From an uncultured Acidimicrobiales bacterium (GTDB lineage: Bacteria; Actinomycetota; Acidimicrobiia; Acidimicrobiales; CAWCAL01), in the NCBI GenBank assembly GCA_963695075.1, contig CAVOFR010000001.1:134724-198723 (forward strand): 64,000 nucleotides of DNA. The letters run 5' to 3'. The notes under the pieces were generated by a model. The model was not told the origin of the DNA, made no database searches, and worked only from the letters and a program-made list of their open reading frames with translations. Positions within the stretch are counted from its first letter, which is position 1. Each line of letters starts with the position of its first letter. The position numbers and the translations under genes were made by a program. This document shows positions 58,982-64,000 of this stretch, in pieces.

Positions 58982-59391
58982 GGTTCCCCCTCCGTCCCGG
59001 ATCGGGCCTTCCGATCCTCGCCGACCATCCAACGGTTGGCCACCATCCCCCCGACGACCCCGAGCGACGAGGCGAGGATCCCGAAGACCGGGTAGCGCCA
59101 GAGGTCGACGGGATCGCCGGCCGCGAGGCGGCGGAGGTGGAGGACCACCTGGAGGAGGACATAGGCGATGACGGGGGCGAGCGCCGCGTGCTGGAGCGGA
59201 GTGGTGCGCTCGATACGAGCGGCGCCGAAGCCGGCGGTCATCAGGCCGAACGCGATGGCCAGCACGAACAGGGCCACGACCCCGGCACCGGCACCGTTCC
59301 GGGTTATCAGTGTGCCGATCACCGCGGCCGGACCGGCGATGAGCAGACCGGCCGCCGCTCCGTTGACGAGCGCTCCCCAGTTGATGGTCAT
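58978..59391 (-). CDS. 4-TM membrane protein
   Basis: Four hydrophobic helices; GTGA overlap with the kinase start. Confidence 0.75.
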   Translation of the reverse strand: MTINWGALVNGAAAGLLIAGPAAVIGTLITRNGAGAGVVALFVLAIAFGLMTAGFGAARIERTTPLQHAALAPVIAYVLLQVVLHLRRLAAGDPVDLWRYPVFGILASSLGVVGGMVANRWMVGEDRKARSGTEGEP

Positions 59392-59431
59392 GCCGCTCCC
59401 GTCACGTCGTCACGCCCGCGTGCGGGGCCCC

Positions 59432-60940
59432 TCAGTCCCACGGCGGGGCGGAGCCGAACGGGTCGGGGAGACCCAGCTTTCCCGGATTCAGGATCCCGTG
59501 AGGGTCGAGAGACCGTTTGAGGGAGACGAGTACGTCGAACGCGTCGCCGAGCGCCTCGGGCACGAACCGGGCCCGGTTGACGCCGATGCCGTGATGGTGG
59601 CTGAGCGATCCGCCGTGTCCGAGGACCGCCCGGGTCCCGGCGTCCCACACCGCCCGGTAGTAGCGGTCCTTCCCGCCGGCGGGAGGCTTGCCGGCGAAGG
59701 TGAAGTAGAGGCAGGCCCCGTCCTGGTAGGCGTGGGACTGATGGGACGAGACGGCCAGGGTCCCGTCGGTGCCCCCGATCGCCGCGATGGTGTCGTCGTA
59801 GATGCGGGGAAGGGCGGCCCAGGATCCGGTGATCTCCATGGTGTCCACGACCAGGCCGCCCGAGATCAGTTGCTCCAGGGCCGAGACCTCGTTGCGGTGA
59901 CCCATCCACTGGTCTACGAGACCCGCATCGAGCGGCTCCGCGCCGTCGCATGCGGCTTCGGCCATGTCCATTCGGGTGCCCACCAGGTCGCCTTGGCCCT
60001 CGTCCATGAGCAGCAGGACGGCGTGATCGGGGCCGGTGCCGTAGTTGCGATCGCTCTCGACCGCGTCGTAGAGGCGCATGACGGCGGGGGCGGCGCCGGC
60101 CTGGGTCATGGCTCGGCAGGCGTCGAGTCCGGATGCGAACGAATCGAAACCGAATGCGGCGGAGCGGGTCGCGGTCGGGACCGGATGAACGCGCAGCCGG
60201 GCTCCGACGATGAGACCCAGGGTGCCCTCGGAACCCACGAAGAGCTGGTTCAGGTCGGGGCCGATAGCGGCACGGGCGTTGCCGCCGGTCCGGATGAGGC
60301 GGCCGTCGGCCAGTACCACATCGAGGCCGACGACCATGTCCTCGATCTTCCCGTAGCGGTTGGACAACTGTCCGGCGCCGCGGCACGCGAGCCAGCCGCC
60401 GACGGTGGACAGGGCGATGCTCTGGGGCCAGTGGCCCAGCGTGAGGCCGTGGGTGTCTCGGAGCTCGGCTTCGAGCAGGTCGCCGAACGTGCCGGGAGCG
60501 ACGTCGAGGATCATCGACGTGCTGTCGACCGAGGTGATGCCGGTCATGGCGCAGAAGTCGATGACGATCCCGCCCCGGGCGGGGACCGAGGACCCGCAGA
60601 CGCCGGAGCGCCCAGCGGCAGCGGTCAGGGGGATGTGGTGGTCATTGCAGATCCGGGCGATGGCCTGGACCTGGCCGACCGACGTGGGGAAAACGACAGC
60701 CCCGGGGAGGGCCAGGACGCGGTTGTCGAGCGCCCAGGTCATCGCCAGCGGCCACCAGTCACGGGCGTGTTCGGCCCGCGACCCGGCATCGGTCTCGACC
60801 GAGGCGCCCGTCCCGCGGAGCTGCTCGATGAGGTCGGCTTCCACCGCGACGCCCTCCTTGGCCGTAGCGGTCGTGGCGGCGGGCTCGCCGGAGAGGGCGA
60901 TCGGCGGGGTCGGGGCGCCGGGCCCCAGTTCTGGGCTCAT
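59432..60940 (-). CDS. FAD-binding oxidoreductase (alkyl-DHAP synthase-like)
   Basis: GHWPQS, TVGGWLA, GSEGTLG, HQSHAY...CLYF, SHHHGIG, LNPGK. Confidence 0.88.
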   Translation of the reverse strand: MSPELGPGAPTPPIALSGEPAATTATAKEGVAVEADLIEQLRGTGASVETDAGSRAEHARDWWPLAMTWALDNRVLALPGAVVFPTSVGQVQAIARICNDHHIPLTAAAGRSGVCGSSVPARGGIVIDFCAMTGITSVDSTSMILDVAPGTFGDLLEAELRDTHGLTLGHWPQSIALSTVGGWLACRGAGQLSNRYGKIEDMVVGLDVVLADGRLIRTGGNARAAIGPDLNQLFVGSEGTLGLIVGARLRVHPVPTATRSAAFGFDSFASGLDACRAMTQAGAAPAVMRLYDAVESDRNYGTGPDHAVLLLMDEGQGDLVGTRMDMAEAACDGAEPLDAGLVDQWMGHRNEVSALEQLISGGLVVDTMEITGSWAALPRIYDDTIAAIGGTDGTLAVSSHQSHAYQDGACLYFTFAGKPPAGGKDRYYRAVWDAGTRAVLGHGGSLSHHHGIGVNRARFVPEALGDAFDVLVSLKRSLDPHGILNPGKLGLPDPFGSAPPWD

Positions 60941-60944
60941 GGCG

Positions 60945-62630
60945 TCAGGCTCCGATCAGGTCGGCCAGATGGGTCTCGGGCAGGTTGGGGGCCGCCCGTT
61001 CGGCCACCACGGCCCGCCGGTAGGCGGCGATCTGTTCCTCGCGCTCGGTTTCGTCCCAGCCGAGCACACCACCGATGAGCTCGGCGACGTCGGCGGCGGC
61101 GTCGGACGAATCGTCGCGAGCCCAGAGGCGAGCTCGGGTTCGGCGCGAGAGGACGTCGTCGACGGTGTTGGCCATCTCGTGGCGGGCGGCGTAGACCGCC
61201 TCGGCCCGGAGGTAGGGGAGTCCCGGCACCAGGGGGTCACCCAACGAGGCGTGGCCTTCGACCATGGCCAGGAGGACGCGGGCATCGCCACCGAAACGCC
61301 TGTCGAGATGGGCCACGGTTGCGTCGGAAACGATGCCTCGGCGGGCCCAGCGGTCGAGCTCTCCCCGGTGGTCGTGTCCGCGGAGCGGCAGACGCTTGGT
61401 GCGCGACCGCCCGGCGGAGACATCATCGGGGAGGAGCGGGAGGGCCGCGTCGACGGTGTCGGCTGCCATCTCCCGGTAGGTCGTGAGCTTGCCGCCCGTG
61501 ACGGTGACGAGGCCACGCTCGGAGGTCACGATCGAATGGCGGCGACTGAGATCGGCGGTTCGTTCGCTCTTGGCCGCGTTCACGAGGGGTCGGAGGCCGG
61601 CCCAGGTGCCGACGACGTCGGAACGGCTGATCTCGACGGTGGACCAAGCATTGACCGTCGAGATGAGGTAGTCGACGTCCTCGGGTGTGCACTGGGGGTC
61701 GTCGAGCGGTCCGTCGTAATCGGTGTCTGTGGTGCCGATGTACGCCAGGTCGCCTTCGCGCACGATGAAGATCGAGCGCTTGTCGTTGGGCACCGGGAGG
61801 ATCACGGCGGTTTCGTTGCGGACGCGGTCCCACGGCACGGTGACGTGCATTCCCTTGGCCGGGCGGATCATGTCGGGATCGCGTCCCTCGTCCATGGTTC
61901 GGAGGTCGTCGACCCATACGCCGGTGGCGTTGATGACCGCCGAGGCATCGACGGCCACAGCCGTTCCGTCGACATGGACCTCGGCCCCTGTGACGTTCCC
62001 GTCGGGGCCGTGGCGCAGTCCGGTGACCTTCGCTCGGTTCACGACGACCGCACCGTGGTCGAGCGCCGCGGTGCGGGCCAGGGTCAGCGTGAGCCGGGCG
62101 TCGTCGGCTCGGCAGTCGTAGAAGAGGTAGCCGGCGGCGAGGCGGTCAGACCGCAGCGTTGGCATCCGGGCCAGCGCTGCCTCGGCCTTGAGGCGGCGAT
62201 GACGTTTCCCGATGCGCCAGCCGCCGGTGAGGTCGTACATCCACATGGCCATGCCCAGAGCCCGCGACAGCTTGCTGTTGATGAGACCGTCCCTGGTGAA
62301 GATCGGAAGGAGGAAGGGCTGAATCGACACGAGGTGGGGCGCGTTCTTCAACAGCCGTCTCCGCTCGCGGAGCGCCTCGTACACGAGTCGGACATCACCC
62401 TGCTGGAGGTAGCGGAGTCCGCCGTGGACCAGTTTCGACGACTTCGACGAGGTGCCCGATGCGAAGTCGTCCCGCTCGACGAGAGCGACCCGCAGCCCTC
62501 GGCTGGCGGCGTCGAGGGCGACGCCACACCCGGTGATCCCACCGCCCACGACCAGGATGTCGAACCGCTCGGAGCCGAGCGCCTCGATGTGTTCGGCACG
62601 GTCGAAGGTCGCGGATCTCAAGCTCCTCAC
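60945..62630 (-). CDS. glpD: FAD-dependent glycerol-3-phosphate dehydrogenase/oxidase
   Basis: VGGGITG, GTSSKSSKLVHGGLRYL, DDARL, AGLRP, GGKLTTYR. Confidence 0.9.
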   Translation of the reverse strand: MRSLRSATFDRAEHIEALGSERFDILVVGGGITGCGVALDAASRGLRVALVERDDFASGTSSKSSKLVHGGLRYLQQGDVRLVYEALRERRRLLKNAPHLVSIQPFLLPIFTRDGLINSKLSRALGMAMWMYDLTGGWRIGKRHRRLKAEAALARMPTLRSDRLAAGYLFYDCRADDARLTLTLARTAALDHGAVVVNRAKVTGLRHGPDGNVTGAEVHVDGTAVAVDASAVINATGVWVDDLRTMDEGRDPDMIRPAKGMHVTVPWDRVRNETAVILPVPNDKRSIFIVREGDLAYIGTTDTDYDGPLDDPQCTPEDVDYLISTVNAWSTVEISRSDVVGTWAGLRPLVNAAKSERTADLSRRHSIVTSERGLVTVTGGKLTTYREMAADTVDAALPLLPDDVSAGRSRTKRLPLRGHDHRGELDRWARRGIVSDATVAHLDRRFGGDARVLLAMVEGHASLGDPLVPGLPYLRAEAVYAARHEMANTVDDVLSRRTRARLWARDDSSDAAADVAELIGGVLGWDETEREEQIAAYRRAVVAERAAPNLPETHLADLIGA

Positions 62631-62703
62631 TCTAGGTGCGCCGGGCTGGTGGCTGCCCAGAGGACGGCGATCGCCTGGTCCCGGAAAATCGTGAGCCTGG
62701 AAC

Positions 62704-62732
62704 CAACAACGATTGTTGATTGAGGCTAGGAT
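62704..62732 (+). promoter_or_regulatory. inverted repeat (putative Fur/PerR-type operator) and -10
   Basis: CAACAA-cga-TTGTTG, then TAGGAT-N8-ATG of the Fur gene. Confidence 0.6.
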
Positions 62733-62740
62733 CATCGGCG

Positions 62741-63187
62741 ATGACGCCCGATCTCCTTCTGGAAGCGCTGCGCTCCGGTGGTCGCAAGATCACCGCTCAG
62801 CGTCGCGCCGTGGCCGTCGCCCTCGCTGAGGGAGATGGTCATGCTACGGCAGAAGTGATCTGGCGTGCGGCCCGAACGAGTCTCCCTTCGCTGTCGCTCC
62901 GCACCGTCTATCAGGCGTTGCACGAGCTTGAAGCGGTCGGGGCCGTGCGGGGCATCGATGTGGGTCGCGGTTCGACTCGATTCGATCTGACCACCGGCGC
63001 TCACCACCACGTGGTGTGCAGTCGGTGTGAGCAGATCGAGGACGTCTGGAACGCGGCTCCCGGTATCGGGGTTCCCCCCGATGCCATCTGTGGCTTCGAG
63101 GTCTCCTCGGTCGACATCGTCTATCACGGCCTGTGTCCTGCATGTGCCGCCGAATCGACGACCAACCCGGGTCCCACGAAGTCCTAG
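62741..63187 (+). CDS. Fur family regulator (PerR/FurA-like)
   Basis: [29 protein letters not shown]. Confidence 0.93.
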   Translation: MTPDLLLEALRSGGRKITAQRRAVAVALAEGDGHATAEVIWRAARTSLPSLSLRTVYQALHELEAVGAVRGIDVGRGSTRFDLTTGAHHHVVCSRCEQIEDVWNAAPGIGVPPDAICGFEVSSVDIVYHGLCPACAAESTTNPGPTKS

Positions 63188-63216
63188 CCAATCAACTCAC
63201 GAGGAGCACACAATTC

Positions 63217-63636
<420 letters not shown>

Positions 63637-63641
63637 CCCGA

Positions 63642-63719
63642 GGGGACGGCTCATCGATGCCGTCCCCCGACCCGTGAGTCCGACCCGGGGTCACACCGGC
63701 CCATCCGGCGTGACCCCGG
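63642..63719 (+). terminator. two GC-rich stem-loops after rubrerythrin
   Basis: ggggacggc / gccgtcccc and ccggggtcacaccgg / ccggcgtgaccccgg; no U-tract. Confidence 0.55.
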
Positions 63720-63762
63720 AGGCTCGCCGCCGATCACCGACGCGAAGGAGCCTGGTGCTGCG

Positions 63763-64000
63763 ATGACCACCACGTACGACCCGTTCCACCCCAAGTACTT
63801 CGATGACGGCGATCTCCGCGAGGAGATGAACCGGGTCTTCGACCTGTGTCACGGCTGCCGGCTCTGTTTCAAGTTCTGTGATTCGTTCCCCGTCCTGTTC
63901 GCTGCCGTGGATCAGCACGACGACCAGGACACCGAGAAGATGACGCGGGCCGAACAGGACGCGGTGGTCGACGGCTGCTGGCAGTGCAAGCTCTGCTACG
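63763..64000 (+). CDS. Fe-S oxidoreductase (GlpC/HdrD-like), truncated by window end
   Basis: MTTTYDP...[11 protein letters not shown]...CWQCKLC; AAGGAG SD. Confidence 0.88.
   Translation, partial: MTTTYDPFHPKYFDDGDLREEMNRVFDLCHGCRLCFKFCDSFPVLFAAVDQHDDQDTEKMTRAEQDAVVDGCWQCKLCY

Noticed and set aside
59168-62723. Very long plus-strand ORFs (636 aa, 787 aa) and similar ones such as 28677-30719 and 4969-6276
   Set aside because: Antisense or off-frame shadows of well-supported genes; typical of high-GC DNA and without recognisable motifs.

Overview
High-GC actinobacterial chromosome segment (gene content and leaderless TANNNT-N6/7-ATG promoters suggest Acidimicrobiia or a relative; taxonomy is inferred). 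About 57 protein genes plus the RNase P RNA gene (rnpB, 57023-57415, minus). Positions 1-40 kb and 57.5-64 kb look like core or metabolic chromosome: hydrolases, a PepSY/OmpR two-component locus, tryptophanase, a PBP1A, a glycerol/ether-lipid operon and a Fur-rubrerythrin-FeS operon. Main observations: (1) a ~12.3 kb integrase-less island inserted at the 3' end of rnpB, bounded by a perfect 29-bp direct repeat with matching tandem arm-like motifs inside both ends; (2) inside it, a MalT-like LuxR regulator and a 17-bp palindrome in front of the cargo units (TMEM175, a ClC lacking the gating Glu, DUF1269-SulP, DUF2252, and a nested CYTH-CHAD + ParA cassette flanked by a 187-bp duplication); (3) a lipoprotein pair resembling oxidized-PVA hydrolase + PVA dehydrogenase, coupled to tryptophanase; (4) a cellulose-synthase-like protein with most catalytic motifs lost but an intact PilZ domain; (5) an HD-domain gene whose only plausible start is ATC; (6) a dispersed ~53-bp palindromic repeat family. 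All family assignments come from motif recognition by eye; no database searches were run.
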